Below, piece after piece: positions 1-13,512 of a stretch of 64,000 bases of DNA. The stretch lies in the NCBI GenBank assembly GCA_030704615.1, contig CM060732.1:71920001-71984000 (forward strand), given 5' to 3'. The notes under the pieces are model-generated. The model worked only from the letters and a program-made list of their open reading frames with translations. It did not search any database and was not told where the DNA came from. The stretch's first letter is position 1; every line of letters begins with the position of its first letter. The DNA comes from Takakia lepidozioides. Its lineage: Eukaryota > Plantae > Bryophyta. The position numbers were made by a program, and so were the translations under genes.

Positions 1-2115
1 TCGTAGAGACATATGCCTATGTACGAAAGATTCAAACTTGGGTGTAACCGTCAAGTACAAAACAGAAGGGAAAGGGAGAGATCAGAGAGAAGGGGAGCGC
101 CGTGATTTCTCTATGTACAGTGGTGATTAGCAGGCCATGGACGTCCTTGCTTGAAGGTCAACACTGGGTTTTGAACAGAGTGAAGTAGATAATGGGGAAC
201 AGCCAAGTTTCTGTTTGTGAAGGGATCCTAAAGCTCAACGCTGAAAGGAATCTGTGTATCTCCGATCTCACAGGACTCTTAGCTTTAGTGAGCAGCACTT
301 GCGCTGCCAGAGGCCCGCTCGGCAAATGAGGGTTGCTCAAATGAATGCAACTTACCTTTTGGCTGTTGTTACTTGCTTTTTATATATGCTAGTGTGGATC
401 TTAATGTACACACCAATTGCTGAGATGGTTGCAGGACGATTTCCATCTGCGGCTTTTACCACAGCAGAAGACAATACCTCCAGCATCAAAACTGTCAATA
501 CAAGTTCAACATCTTCATTGATCAGGTCACCACGTCTCGGACATGAGGTCTCACGGCCAAGCATGACGGTCAAAGTGGATGACATCGCACTGTCGATTGC
601 TCCAGATTCTGAACCAACCCTTAGGAAGTTGGAAGGAAGTTGGCCTTTTATATGTAGATCTGCATAGCTTGACAGACCTGTACTGTGGTAGCAGATACTG
701 ATATGCTTCCATGATTCACATTTAAATAGTACAACATTATTCTCTCAGCGTGTCATCCAAGCTCGAGACGTAATGGACGTTTAAGATCATAGCCCCCACA
801 TTGAAGGTATTCAATGTTTCGGGTCAAAGTCCAGAGAGCCAATGTAGTAGTTACTAGATATTACCTCCTACTTCCTCCTGGTCTGCGTTTCGCAGACACG
901 TAACTCTGTGCGTCAGTTAAGCTGGATCCCAACAAGTAGCTGCTAGCCTGGTGCACAACTTCTTTTGGCTCTTCGGTTGACTCTCGAGTCTTATATATGA
1001 TGATCCTAATAAGTTGTTGCGAGATAGGATTGAATTGACCTGCACTTTCATTGAATGGGTCGTGGACTCCTGAATACCAATCGATCTATCTCTTCGTTCC
1101 CCTCTCAGTGCAAAACTGGACGTTCTTGTACTATGACCCCACTATACAGAACGAATCTCGTAATCATTCCGTAGAGTACGTACAATTCTACATGATCTGG
1201 GGTTCTTAAACTCATGTTCTTGCTGAAATTCAACAGTCTCGAGATGCGATGTTGGGCGCATTCTCGAGAGACTTTAATGACCTCCCTACACTTTTCACAA
1301 ATCGTGCCCTACAAGGTGCTGAGGGAGCTGGCCAACCCCAACCATGTAGAAGTCCTAGGTGTCTTGCTCAACTGTGTCAATGATACGCAGTCCTACAGAC
1401 CCTGCGCTTCACCTTATTAACTTGAGCCTGCCAGGGCAGTCCTGATATGCTTCCATGACCTTAAGTCCCTCCTAAAGGCTAGTCGCGTTTCATTTTTAGA
1501 GTCACGCGAAGTTTTCTCCCTCACTTTGGGGCACTCGAACATCAGAGTTCATAGTTTCCGAAGCTTTTAACAATAATGGATTGATTAAAAGAGATTTTGT
1601 TCTTGAATCATTGCCCTAGTCAGTCTGAACGTCTGAACGTCTGTAATGTGTACCAAGGCATCATACGATCTCCAGGTATCCGTGATTAAAATCCTGTGAC
1701 AGAGGAAAACCAGAATTGGAGATGTGAAGTAAAGCTATGTAGAGATCTAACCTGTACATCTACTGCTGAAAATTCCAGAGGAGCAGTGCTGCATCGTCTA
1801 ATCTGCCACAACTAACAACTCCATCACAAAGCCCCCTGATGCCAGGGAGCCAAAAAAGATGAAGGAAAAACTGTCAGACCCTACACACAACACACACAGA
1901 CACAATTGTCGGGCCACCAGGTCTGAGAAATCCGGCATGACCAAATGGATACCACCAGGCCTGAAAAAATGCATCCAGAAAAAGAGCCTAGCTCCCGAAT
2001 CCTGGGCTTGCAGAGTTGATAGCCGAGGGGAAGCTATTTTCAATTAGTGCTGCATGGTAGCCAGAGGGATTTACAGACAATCTGCTGTAAAATGTGGCCA
2101 CAGCAAACATGTCAT

Positions 2116-5100
2116 TCATTCTCTGCGGTGTACCAGCATCACCCTTGCACTTGGGGAAAACTGTAAGACACAATTCTCAAGCTTTGGCTTCATGTCCTTG
2201 CTTCCTGGTACCAGCTTCAGCTACACATCATTTTCAGCAATTAAATTTATCAGAAAGGGACAGACAAACAGACAGCAGAAATCGACATAAGAAGGTGAAA
2301 CATTGCTTCATAATTGACAGTAGGTTCTAACGTATACATGCAAAACAGACTCCAGGCTCACATTTTCCGAGTAAAAGAGAACAAGAAGACCGTAGCCCAG
2401 GAGAATAGAAGCTGCTCTTTGTGAGAAAAAATTGCAAACCTATTAACAGCAGGTCACAAAGAAAATGGAAAAGATCTTCAGAGACGGTTATGAAAATAGA
2501 AAAACAAACAAGAAGTTCACTGCAGCCTTGTATCTTAGTCAATAATACAGTATAAGACGATGGAACCATGAGTGAGTAGCAGAGAGAGACAGAGAGAGAA
2601 AAGACGCCAACTGAAGCCAGCATAAATAAGATCCGCTTCCCCTGACAAGCAGGGCACTGGGGCGGGCTGTGAGTAGCAGTACATAGCTGCTAGACTCCCC
2701 AGTAACTTCATCATCTTCTGACTATGGGTGCAAACGAACTGAGTTTCTTCTGAACGGGGAACTGAAAGCCTTATCCAGGAACAGTTTAGCATCAAAACAC
2801 AATTCTAACTATAAAAAAAAACACTTGAGAAGAACCCTGACGACAAGGAACAGCAACTTCTAGTAAGTATGAAGAATGAACAGACAAAAAGAAAAACTGA
2901 AGCCAAAGAAGGACCTTAAGATTACACACTAACAGCACAGTCACCACCAGCCATCAGGAAGGGAAACTCGCCTCGAAGCGCTGGAGGAGAGAGGCAAGAA
3001 GACTGGTTATCGCTACAAGAGCAAAGTTGCGCCCCACACACGCACGAGAGCCCGCCCCAAAGAGCAGAAATGCAGGATGTGACTGTGGATCCTGGACAAC
3101 AGACCCCTTCATCTCCAAAGGGTCCTTTTTAGCATTGTTGCAACCCTCGTCAATAGATTGCCCTTCCATGAGTGCCTGAGGAGCCTCAGACTCTCCCTGC
3201 GACCTTCCTCTGTCCACCAGACAAGTCCCAGGGCACTGAAGGAATCGCTCAGGATTGAAGGTGGTAGCATCATCTCCCCACCAGCCTGGATCTAACTGCA
3301 ACAACTGCACAGGCACGCCAACAATGGCACCAGCTGGGACGACAACCCCATTGTCCAGCTTCAAATCTGCGCAGACCAAAGAGAAGGTGAGAGATAATTT
3401 CTATCTATCAGGAAGTTGTACTGTTCTGATTGACGTCAGAGATCTGACCCTTAAAATTGGAAATGAGTGATCCAGGGAACCATGTGTTTTAGATGCTGGC
3501 ATTTAGCTGGTATATTGCTCTCAGCTGTTTCCACTGGGAAAAAGAATAGATGTGACAGGCTCCGTGAGTCCTGTTGTTATCTCAGTGTTAGCCTGTCACA
3601 TCTGACGGGGCTAGTTTCCTTCTGTCCAAGTTATTGAGGACCATGGTCACCCTGGTTGAGACTGACGGTTGGAGATGCAGTGGTGGAAGGCCTGAAGGTC
3701 TAGGCTTATCCAATGATCCAAAAACCTCTGCCTCAAACAACCACATATGATGTAATAAAATGAAGAGAGCTAGTGTGCCAGAGTGAGGTGAGGCTACCAT
3801 GGCCAACGGCACAGCGCTGCAGGAAAGGGCTTCTGGGTAGAAGACGTGCAGACTCTTGAACTGTTGCCATCAAATAATGCATCCTCTCCAAATCCTCTCG
3901 GCTAGGAGGTGAATTGTGCTCACACACCCCATCAATTTCAGAGTGAATCTGCAGATGGCATTGAGTCAGTCTGTGTTTTAATGCCTCCCACCTGTGGTAA
4001 TGTTTTCTTCCTGTTGACCCTTCTATTTCTCCCTCGTTCCTTGGGGGTATCATCAGGATCATAGTCTGTGCTGTCTCTAGCTTCCCTCAGGAACTGAAAA
4101 TTTATAATAACTGTGCCTATCTCTCTTTTTCCTCTATTCTTCCGTTCCATTTTCTGTTCTTCTGAGTTCTCTTTTGGCATCTCACTTGCAGATCTTTTTG
4201 ATGGGGTTTTCCCCACTTTTGTTCTACTTTGTCCCAAGGCCCTTGGAGGTTATGAAGTTTTTCTTTCTTAGACAATCACTAGAACATTAGTTCTCATTCT
4301 TGGGTACTGGAATTGTTTCCTCTCTCGTGTTTTCTTCATTTTGTCCCATAAGCTCTATGAGCTTTCCGCGGTCGTTATAAAGCACCATTTCATTTCATTT
4401 CATTTGTATGTTCGAGCTTTTACCCTCTCAAGCAGGGAGCTCCAATTTTATGTGTGATTCCTGTTATATGGAGCCAGACTCATCCTCATTTGAGTGGTGT
4501 GTGGCAAGAAAAGAAGTAAAGGGTTTGGTGATAACATGGTGGAGGTTTCGCACACACACCTTAGCTTGAATTTCAGGGTGCTGAACAAGGTGGGTGAGCA
4601 CACCACTTAGGAGGCCCGCTACAGTAAGACTACCATGGAACACCATGCCCTTCACTCGTTCCGCTGCAACCATCTTATCGAGAGCCACGCTTTCTATCAA
4701 AGCCTTCATGAACCCCAGTGCTCCCTTACTACTGGAGCCCTCGGCTGACAGTTTTGAATTTTCCACGTTGTTGACATGGCTGCTCTCAGAAGTCAGCCAC
4801 GTGCTACTATCCTGGAAACCTGATTCCAGTTCCTTGGATGCCTGAGAGACCATCTCCTCTGCTAGGGACTGGAGCCTTTTGCACTTACGCTTGAAGATAG
4901 AAAACCTAAGATTCCAAATAGGGCCCAACACAGGGTAACGCATCCAGTAAAACAGCTCATTGGCAACTGAAACACTGAGCTTCTCGAACTCACTGATGGT
5001 GGGGCCAACTATGTAGCTTTCTCCAAAAAAAGACCTGCCCAGCACAGCAAATGCCATGTGCTGGGAGCCTGACTTGCACTCCATTTCCCAGCTATTCCCC

Positions 5101-6386
5101 TTCCTGGGCTCTGCCCACAGCTTCATGTGTTCAGCTACTTTGAGAGAGACGGCATGCACCTGCCCTAGCAGCTTTTCATTCAATTCTCCATACAGAAAAG
5201 CACGGGGTTTCTCCACCTGCATAAGGCAGACCGGGAGTTCAATTAGGCCAAAACAGAAAACTTGTTCAATACTGTGGAATTATGTGCCAGTGTCACAGAT
5301 TATCTCATTTCAGCATGTCAATATTGGAACCACTATTAACTATTTTTCTAGCATTACAAAAGTTGGGCTTCACAATCCACAAGAAAAAATTCGAGTCAGT
5401 TCTGTGAGCTCCACACATCCGCTTCTTCTCGCAAAAAAGACACAGACCATATCGAGATGGAAGGCCATCAACCTCAGAGAACTGGGAGAAGAAGAGGCTC
5501 CTTTTCCCAAATGCGAGCTCAAGAGCTGTCCCAGAGGCTTGGACACGGGCATTTGCTTGCTCCAGCACTTGCTTCACCAGTTTCATCTCTGTTATTGACA
5601 CGAGCAGCTGTGTTGGAGCCATCCATATCTTCACAATGGGTCCGTGCTGCTTGTGCAGAGCAGTAAGAACCTCTAATACCAGGAAAACAACTGTAGGTCA
5701 ATGCCAAATTGCCAATGAATCATTGAAGACTTCAGATATGTGGGATTAACAAACAGATGACAATGTCAAGACCAATCCAGGCTCTCAACTGCGCAATTGC
5801 AGGAAATCAGATGTCAACGAGAGGCTCGTGACCACGGTGAGATACAAGAGACGATTACAGTAAGGCCTCCGAAGTTTTCACTTGATCTTCACCATTACTG
5901 CCTGGGCAGGAGAAAAACAGACCTCAAGAAGTGAGATACGCAATAAACAACAGACAGAGTTCGAGACCACAGCGCAAGGCCCATACACACACGCACAGGC
6001 GCTCTCATTTTGACGTAGCCTTGTGACCATACGGTTTTGATGGTTTCGGAAAGAAGTGAAAATTCAAGAGTGAATATTGCACCTAAGGACTTGTCAGGTC
6101 CTTCAGCATTGGCTTTGAAGACAGAGCGTCCCACCAAAGAACAAAAAGGCGGCCCGGGAAGACGGGTTCCCATGAACCACAGCCTCAACAACCTCGCCAT
6201 GCGCCTCAACAAAATCACGGTGACAACCACGACAGCAGTCCACGCTATGGCATTCACCTCGCCCACAGCATACTGCCACAACCACACGAGCTTCACCTCC
6301 ATATCTCCTCCTGAATTCATTCCGACTACAATGCCATCACCCACACGAACACCATGGACGAGATGGTGGTGAATTCTCCTGCCCAT
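2116..6386 (-). CDS. CYP727: Cytochrome P450, probably CYP727 family; exons ~6386-6083, 5672-5473, 5216-4560, 3948-3798, 3366-2972, 2220-2116
   Basis: Membrane anchor plus LPGPP hinge, HGPIVKIW, I-helix MVFHGSLTVAGLL, ExxR (ESAR), FNPERF, heme motif FGAGSRACVG. Splice phases join correctly and the last exon reads LKLVPGSKDMKPKLENCVLQFSPSARVMLVHRRE*. Family call from recalled N-terminal and I-helix signature; start codon uncertain (6386 or a downstream ATG). Confidence 0.88.
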
Positions 6387-7691
6387 CCTCAAATTTGAGC
6401 ACCACTTGCAACATCAACCCCTCTGCCAGTCCATCGCCATCTCCCAGCTCCAGCTCGACCACCACCGAGAAATCCTTCACAAAAGCTGCGTCAGTCCCAA
6501 ATCTTCCACTGAATCTTCTCCGATGGATCAATCGAACAATTGCAATCTCAAAACTCTTCTCCAAACCATTCCTCTGCCAGACCAAGACGAAGACGACGGT
6601 GAGCCCAAACTTCGGACTTCCGGTTGCCACTCATGGACTGTCGGTCCCACGTCTTGACCATCGAATACACAGCGATGCGTGCAACACACCGTGTCTAACT
6701 ATTGGTGACTAAATTTAGTTACGACACGAATTATTAACTGACCAGCGAATCAATGTTCTAGTAAGTCAAAGCTTCTCACTAGTTACGTTGGCAGAGTTAC
6801 TAATGACACACTAATCTCATCCTTAACGGCATCGCATCGCACTGCGCGTGTGCGCCAACTTAGTGACGCACCACGCCGTGCGCGAGGCTACCACGTGCTG
6901 TCGTGTCGTCCTCTTGACCGTCCGTTCTTCAGATTGACGGCCATGATATCCGTAAAACAAAATTTCTGCTGTCTTTTGTGTTAAAGTTGAATTATTTAAT
7001 TAATTTCCTTTCTGGGGAGACTCGTAACGGATCTGAGTTTTTTATTTTTTATTATATCATTATTATCTCCAGGATTTGTAAGTTTCTCAAGCCTCTCATT
7101 TTTGAATAATTGGGAGTTTATGTGGCACGTGTGGGACAGGGCGCGCACGCCGGCACGGACGCGGGTCGCCCTCCCCCGCCCCGCCCACCCCCACCTGGCA
7201 GCCGCGCATCGCGGTCGGCAGCCCCGCAGCCGCCCAGCCCGCCCCCGGACCGCGTCCCCCCACCCGCCCGCCCTCGCCGCTGGGTCCGCCCGCCATCGGG
7301 TCCAGTGGGTCTGCCCAAGCTCGGTCTGCCCGCTGCTGGGTCTTCTAGGTCTGCCGCCAAGCAGCCCGATCCGGCAAACCCAAACGCACCCCAGATGATG
7401 TGCCGCCCATCTCACCGTGATGTCGCGCTGCTATCGTAGCCGCCCGGATTTAGGGCATGGCAGCCGCCGCCAATCGTGGGCGAAGACTGTTTCATCGATC
7501 TTTTCCTCCCTTTGGTCTGTTCCTGCCAACGCGCTTCCGTCCTACCAAGAACGTGCGTGTTGTCGTCCTTCGCTTCCACTTTTCCAGGTCGTATTGCAGG
7601 TGCTTTCCAGTGCGCGAAGGGGTACTGCAGTGTATATGGCAGCGGCCGTCGATGCCCAACCAGAAAGCTTTCTTATACGTCCACTGCGACA

Positions 7692-10600
7692 ATGTCTTCA
7701 AACACCAAAGGATGGGTCACTTTCCTGCAAAGACCGTTACTGGAAGAACGAGAGTCGTCTGGATACATGGGCTCTCAAGTGCGGGTCCGCACGGCCTGTA
7801 TTCCCTGGCAAAGAATGCCCGACTTTGTACTTGGAGAGGAGAGTAGAGACGGGTGTTCCACACAATTTTACATAAATGTGCATGTTAACGCGAAGCCCGG
7901 ACCGCGAAGAGCTCCAAGAGCTAACACATATCTAACCTCTGTCATGTCTGCACCATATTCCCGCACTGCCTCTTTATTCATGCCCTGTGCTTGTGCTTGC
8001 CGGACATGTACATGCATCATATGTAGATAGGGTTTAGGCTGTCTTACATGCTTGCAGAACTCCATGGGACAAGCGCACCAACAATTTGACTGTCACGGAT
8101 CCTAAAGTCAAGTGAGGAGGTCCGGACGTTGGGGCTGGAAGCAGTAATCCTCACAAAGGTCCAAGACGAAAGAAAAGCCAATACGGCGAGTCTTACAAGC
8201 GTGGGTGTCTCTGTTGTTTCAAAGTCTCGCAATGTTATCTTGCTCCAGACATTGGGGTCATCACATATTATAACAACATGCAACACCTGGATGTGTCCGG
8301 AAAACCCTCTCATGGCGGATATGCTGAGTTCCAGTTCAGCCGATATGCTTATGCTCCACATATTAGCGAGGAGCTCAAAAAGTGGATCATGGAATGCTTG
8401 TCTCGAGGCTTGAGTGTCGCCCAAGTCATGATTGAACACAAGGAGCAGACCTTCAAAAAACACGCTGATGACGCACAATCTGTGCATATGTGGAAGATCA
8501 AAACCCGGACTCGGTCTTCTTCTACCAGGAGGAATCATTGGCACCCACATTTCAACATTTTGATGGAGATTTGACCTTCACCATTGGGATTCAGACTCCT
8601 TGGCAGCGGCAGAAGATGTTGGATTTGGGCCATGCGCGCATCGTAGCTTGCGACGCTACATTTGGAACTAACCATCACAAGGTCTGCCATGGACCCTCTC
8701 CACGGGCTTCTGCTAGCATGATAGCATACTACAATGGTCTCCCACTCTTGTGGTGCATTGCTTATTCGTCCTCAATCCCGATAGACCTAACTGTTGTAGA
8801 CCATGTCCCAGTACACCCTGTTCCAGCAGACCTTCCACTGCACTCTGTTTTAGGGCAGACCCTTTTGCGTGTTCACCCTGTTACAATAGACCCTGTGCGT
8901 GTTCACCAAGTTGCAACACACCCTGTGCGTGTTCACCAAGTTGCAGTACACCATGTGCGTTTTCACCCTATTGCAGTAGACCCTGTGCCAGTACACCCTG
9001 TTAAAATAAGGTCTGTCGGTACGACACTGGTCTGCTAATTACAAATTGTCATTACATGCAGTTCCCCTTGTACATGTTGATGGTGTTCGACCAATGGTTG
9101 AACGGAATTCCGGTTGCATACATATTGTCAGCACGTACATCAGACTTTATCCCATGGATGCTAGCATTGCGTGATGCCCTCCTTCAGGAAAAGCCCACCT
9201 GGCGGCGAAATGCCTTTATTGTCGACAACGCTGAAGCAGAAATCAATGCAATCCGGTATGCCACATCTCAATCTGCCCTATGGTCTGTTGTATGGTCCGC
9301 TGCAAGGTCTGCCCTGTCTGGTCTCACGCTTGTGGCGGTACTGAATCCGGTATGCCACATCTCATTTTGCCCTATGGTCTGCCTTATGGTATGCCTTATG
9401 GTCCGCTCCAGGGTCTGCTATATGGTCTGCCCTATATGGTTTGCCCTGTTTAATCTCACGCTTGTGGTAGTGCTGAATACAAATGCCCGGTTCAGGCACT
9501 TCTGACTTTGTGGCCGCATGCAGGTCTGTTTTCACAGGAGTATGCATTTTCCTTTGCCTTTGGCATGTACGGAAGGCCTCGGTCAAGCAATCATGCCAGA
9601 AAATCAGTGATCCGGGAACATCCTCGAAATTGTTGGCAGATATGGGCGACCTTATGTACTGCAGAGGTGGACCGCAGAAAGAAGATGAAGCTGTGAAATG
9701 GGTTAAGAAAAAATTGAAGGCAATGAAAAATAAATATCATGTTGGTCAGTTGTTCCTCCACTACATTCATGTGTACTGGGTTCCCAAAATCGCTATGTGG
9801 TGTACTGCTGCCCGCAACATTCCACATGCAAGCCAAGATACTAATGCGAGCATCGAGGCATACCACGGAAACTTAAAGGCGAGACTTAATATGGGCAAAG
9901 GCAAAATGACCGGTCGAAGAGCCGATTGGCTCATATGGGAGTTGACTAGGCGTGTACTGGTCCACTACTGGTACGGCATTCATCTGAAGACGCATGGGTT
10001 TATTCGCAACGATAAACAGGAAAAGCACATTTCCAGTGCAATATGTGCAGCCCGTGACATACCTCTTTCACGTGTGACTTTGCCTGCAGCGCCTGGGCAG
10101 CCTGCTTACGTGATCAGCTCCTCCGATCCGAATACAACGTACACCGTGTTCAATCCAGAGTCGCAGTGGGCCTGCTGCACCTGCCCGTGGGCGCTGAAAG
10201 GCAATCTGTGCAAGCACCAAGTTCGGGTCATAAAGTTGCTAAAACCATACCTGCAAGACGGTCTCATTGTCCGGATATGTGGTTCCCACCTCGGTATTGT
10301 TCATGGTGGGCTGGAGAATTTGGACGAACATGACGACATGGCAGCATGCGACCTCGAAAGCGGTAACAACAATGTGTGTGCAAGCGCAACCCCGAACACG
10401 GCAGAGTCATTGCTCACACGAGACCTGTTGGAAGCTATTTTGAAATGGGAGAGAACCGACTTGCTTGACCTTGTACACAACGACGCATACCTTATACACC
10501 ATTGCTTGTCTGCGGTGCGTGTTTGCCGAGGGCAGATGCATGACATCCTCATCAAAAAAACTTACGGCATGTTACACCCGGCTGCAGCACGAGCGTTCAA

Positions 10601-10793
10601 TTGTGTAAAAGACAACAACAACATGTCATTGAAGAGGAAAAAAGATTTTGTGGAACATTTTCAAGCTCGGCGAAAAATGAAACTAAATGGGGGGAAACGT
10701 GTGTCTGCCCTTCCCCCTGTTAGCCATATTTACTCGGCTCTGAGGTGGGTGTCTCATCGTCCAGAACTGAGAAAGAATGATCAATCTAACTAA
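7692..10793 (+). pseudogene. MULE DDE transposase with SWIM zinc finger (spliced; frameshift near 8490)
   Basis: IPWQRMPDFVLGEE N-terminus, DATFGTN (D1), IVDNAEAEINAI (D2), LCLWHV (CxxH), DTNASIEAYHGNLK (E), SWIM CTCPWALKGNLCKH; introns ~8682-9061 and ~9256-9523. Confidence 0.85.
8790..9003 (+). repeat. ~30-bp tandem repeat inside a transposase intron
   Basis: About 7 diverged units such as CCCTGTGCGTGTTCACCAAGTTGCAACACA, many carrying AGACC/ACACC. Confidence 0.8.
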
Positions 10794-10819
10794 GGAAAGG
10801 ACTTGTAGTTGTCCAATGC

Positions 10820-11450
10820 GGTAGACCAATTCTCACCTGCAGAAGACCAATGCGGCAGACCATGATCGCAGACCACCTACAGTAGACCAATTCGGCAGAC
10901 CATGATCGCAGACCACCTGTAGTAGACCAGCACTGACTTGTAATAGACCAATGCGGCAGAGCATCTGCAACTCCCTTAATGTGTTTTTTAAGGGTTTGAT
11001 GAAGGAGACCAATGAAGTCAATAAATGAGCCAAAGTGGACCAGTAAACAAATGTAGTAGAGTAATGATGCAAGCATAGTTCAATGAAGCAGACCAAAGAC
11101 AGTACACTCGACTAACGATGGGACTGACATGTGCCCCACATTTAGGCGACCACCAAATTTAGTATACCACTATCTCATGGAGCAGACCAACAACCGTGGT
11201 CCAAACTAAGTTCACTCCGTGGAGGTAGCAGACCAATAACATCAATTCAGCAGCAAACCACGGCGAGGAGTACTGCATACATCGAGAGATCAATAACATC
11301 GGTTCACCAGCAAACCACGTGGAACACTACTCAATACAAAACATCGACCAGAAATGTTAAGCAGTAGACCACGACAGCAGACTAATGAAATGTTCCACAA
11401 AAGTGTACATCATATATAAAAATGAATAGACCTGCACCACAGACCACATG
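10820..11450 (+). repeat. (GC/GT)AGACCA motif-rich repeat between the convergent MULE-1 genes
   Basis: GCAGACCATGATCGCAGACCACCT occurs twice, with many further GCAGACC/TAGACC copies. Confidence 0.75.
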
Positions 11451-11459
11451 AGTAAATTT

Positions 11460-13143
11460 TCATTTATTGCCAGGCCTAGATGAAATAACCCGGACATCGG
11501 AAGAGTCCGACACGTCCGACATCTTCCTAGATGACAACTGCCTTTCTACAACTACATTCTCCATAGTATTGAGTGCTTTCAAAATGTACTCAACACACTT
11601 TAGGCGTTGTCTGCAAGCATAGCGGAATGTAAACCATTTTGAGGTAAACGGCTTTCCTCTCTCTCTAAGTCCTTTGCCACGATCGCCCTTCAACCAGTCG
11701 TAGAACCCCTCGATAAAGGACATGACGTAAAAGCCACATTCCCACAAGAAAGGTTGTTGTGGCACTTCAGGGACATGAAAATTGAATGCAGTGGCCTCGT
11801 CCCACGACGCAGTGTGCGGCTCCAAGCCGAGACATGCTCCATACACATTTCAAACCCATGGCAATATCTCCACGGGTTTGTGCATCTCCTTGATTGAGTT
11901 CAGATGAGTGAACACGCGGAGCACCCGGTCAATAATCACCAAACTCCAATGAGACCTGCCACAACGCAGGGCGCATCAGCACAAGGGAACAGCTGCTAAT
12001 CAAAATGGCAGACCCATTGAGCAGACTGGTAGACCTGGGCAGACCAATATTGCAGACCAGTGATGGTGGACCAATGATAAAGGGCAGAGAAACAGTGGTA
12101 CGCACGAACGCAGAACACTTACCCATCAACTATTGGTACCAGTATGTACTTGCAGGTCTTCAGGTCCTTCCCTATACGATGCACTGTCAATCTGTGCTCC
12201 ACCTGCGAGCGAACCCGTTCCTGACCTGCACTCCAGTGAATCTTCACTACACTCCAAACCCACGCCGGCAAAATAGCAACATCATTATATGTCTTGACAT
12301 CCAGATCCTTTTGATAAAACCTACACCACAACTCAAGCAATCGGTCTGTAGCCTTGGATTCCTGTTTCTCTAGGGCTTTGAGGTCCTCGGTGGCAATACT
12401 GCATTTAAACTGTGGGTCGTTTTCAAAAAAATACAGCATTGTTTTTCCCTCAGAGATATGTGCGTTGAAAGTTGAGCCAAATCGGGCAGTGAACCTGCAC
12501 TAACTCGGAAAAAACCTTTAAGAACCGGGCTGGCGGACCCAGAAAGACCACAGCTAGAAGGACCAGACCTACAACGGATACAGTACCAGACCCAAGGACC
12601 AGACCAACGGAGCAGGCCAATGGAGCGGACGAACGGCAGCCACATCAGACCCAGCAGACCCATAAAACAGACCCATACAACCTTTTTGCTGCAGACCCAT
12701 GGAGTTGGTGTGTTCAGAGCATCGCAAGCAGACCAACGACACTTACTTGTGTTTGTTATGGAGCTCCGCAACTTCGCTCTCCACTTCCAAGCATACCTTC
12801 CGGTCAGCACTCATGTATACTCCGGACTTCGATTTTTTTGCAACGCCTTTTTGGGGGGAAAATGTTTTTAGCCTCGGGTCTGTCACGCCATCTGGTATGC
12901 GCTTCTTCCCAGCTCTATTTGGTGAAGCAGGTTCCTCCAACTTCTTTTCCAATGCAACAGCCGTCTCCTTCATACCCTCCCGGAGCTGGCTAGCTCGGCT
13001 TCGCAACAAGATTTTGTCCTGGGTTTTATTAACACTCTGTGGTCCCGTTCTCGACGCTTCTTGCACTCCATGGGTCAAACTGGCCCCTACAGTGGGGGTT
13101 ATCACTACTGGTACACCCTTTGTGCTTGACCCCCAGTTGAGCA
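11460..13143 (-). pseudogene. Ulp1/C48 SUMO-protease-like gene of MULE-1
   Basis: YILVPIVDG|SHWSLVIID (catalytic His, intron 11956-12122), LNSI (Asp position is Asn), VPQQPFLWECGFYV (Gln/Cys); in-frame TGA near 11850; 5' part cut by the Gypsy insertion. Confidence 0.8.
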
Positions 13144-13512
13144 CCTGCGACGGACCACGAGCTGGAGGGCAGCAAAGCTGTGAGCAGAACCTGTGAGCAG
13201 AAGCCTGGATTCGTGAGCAGATTCCCCGAAGCGTGACCAGATTTCGCTTGCGGACCCCAAAACCGTGGGAACAAGTGGGTCTATTTCCGTGGATGCCAAC
13301 CACTGCAAAGACGCAATCTCCGCTCCATCGGACCGAAGACAGACAGGCTCCATGACAAGAAAGTGGCACGAATGCACGATGATACATTCACGGATGAATG
13401 GATTTGGGATGGACGTAAAAGTGTAATGGATGAATGTTGGATAAAGCACGGATGAGAAGTTGTCCAGATGAGGGGACTATGGAGGACTGTATGAGCATGT
13501 CTCGTGAGGGAT

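Larger units (their letters stand above)
7014..13512 (+). mobile_element. MULE/Mutator-like element 1 (SWIM transposase plus convergent Ulp1-like protease), interrupted by a Gypsy element
   Basis: GGGG start then GC-rich subterminal region, transposase on +, Ulp1-like gene on -, pervasive AGACC/GGTCT motifs; ends at the Gypsy LTR at ~13513. Confidence 0.75.

Noticed and set aside
356-678. Minus-strand exon bounded by AG and GTAAGT
   Set aside because: Open frame but no recognisable domain or partner exons in the window.
7096-7470. Overlapping short ORFs
   Set aside because: GC-rich subterminal arm of MULE-1, not coding.
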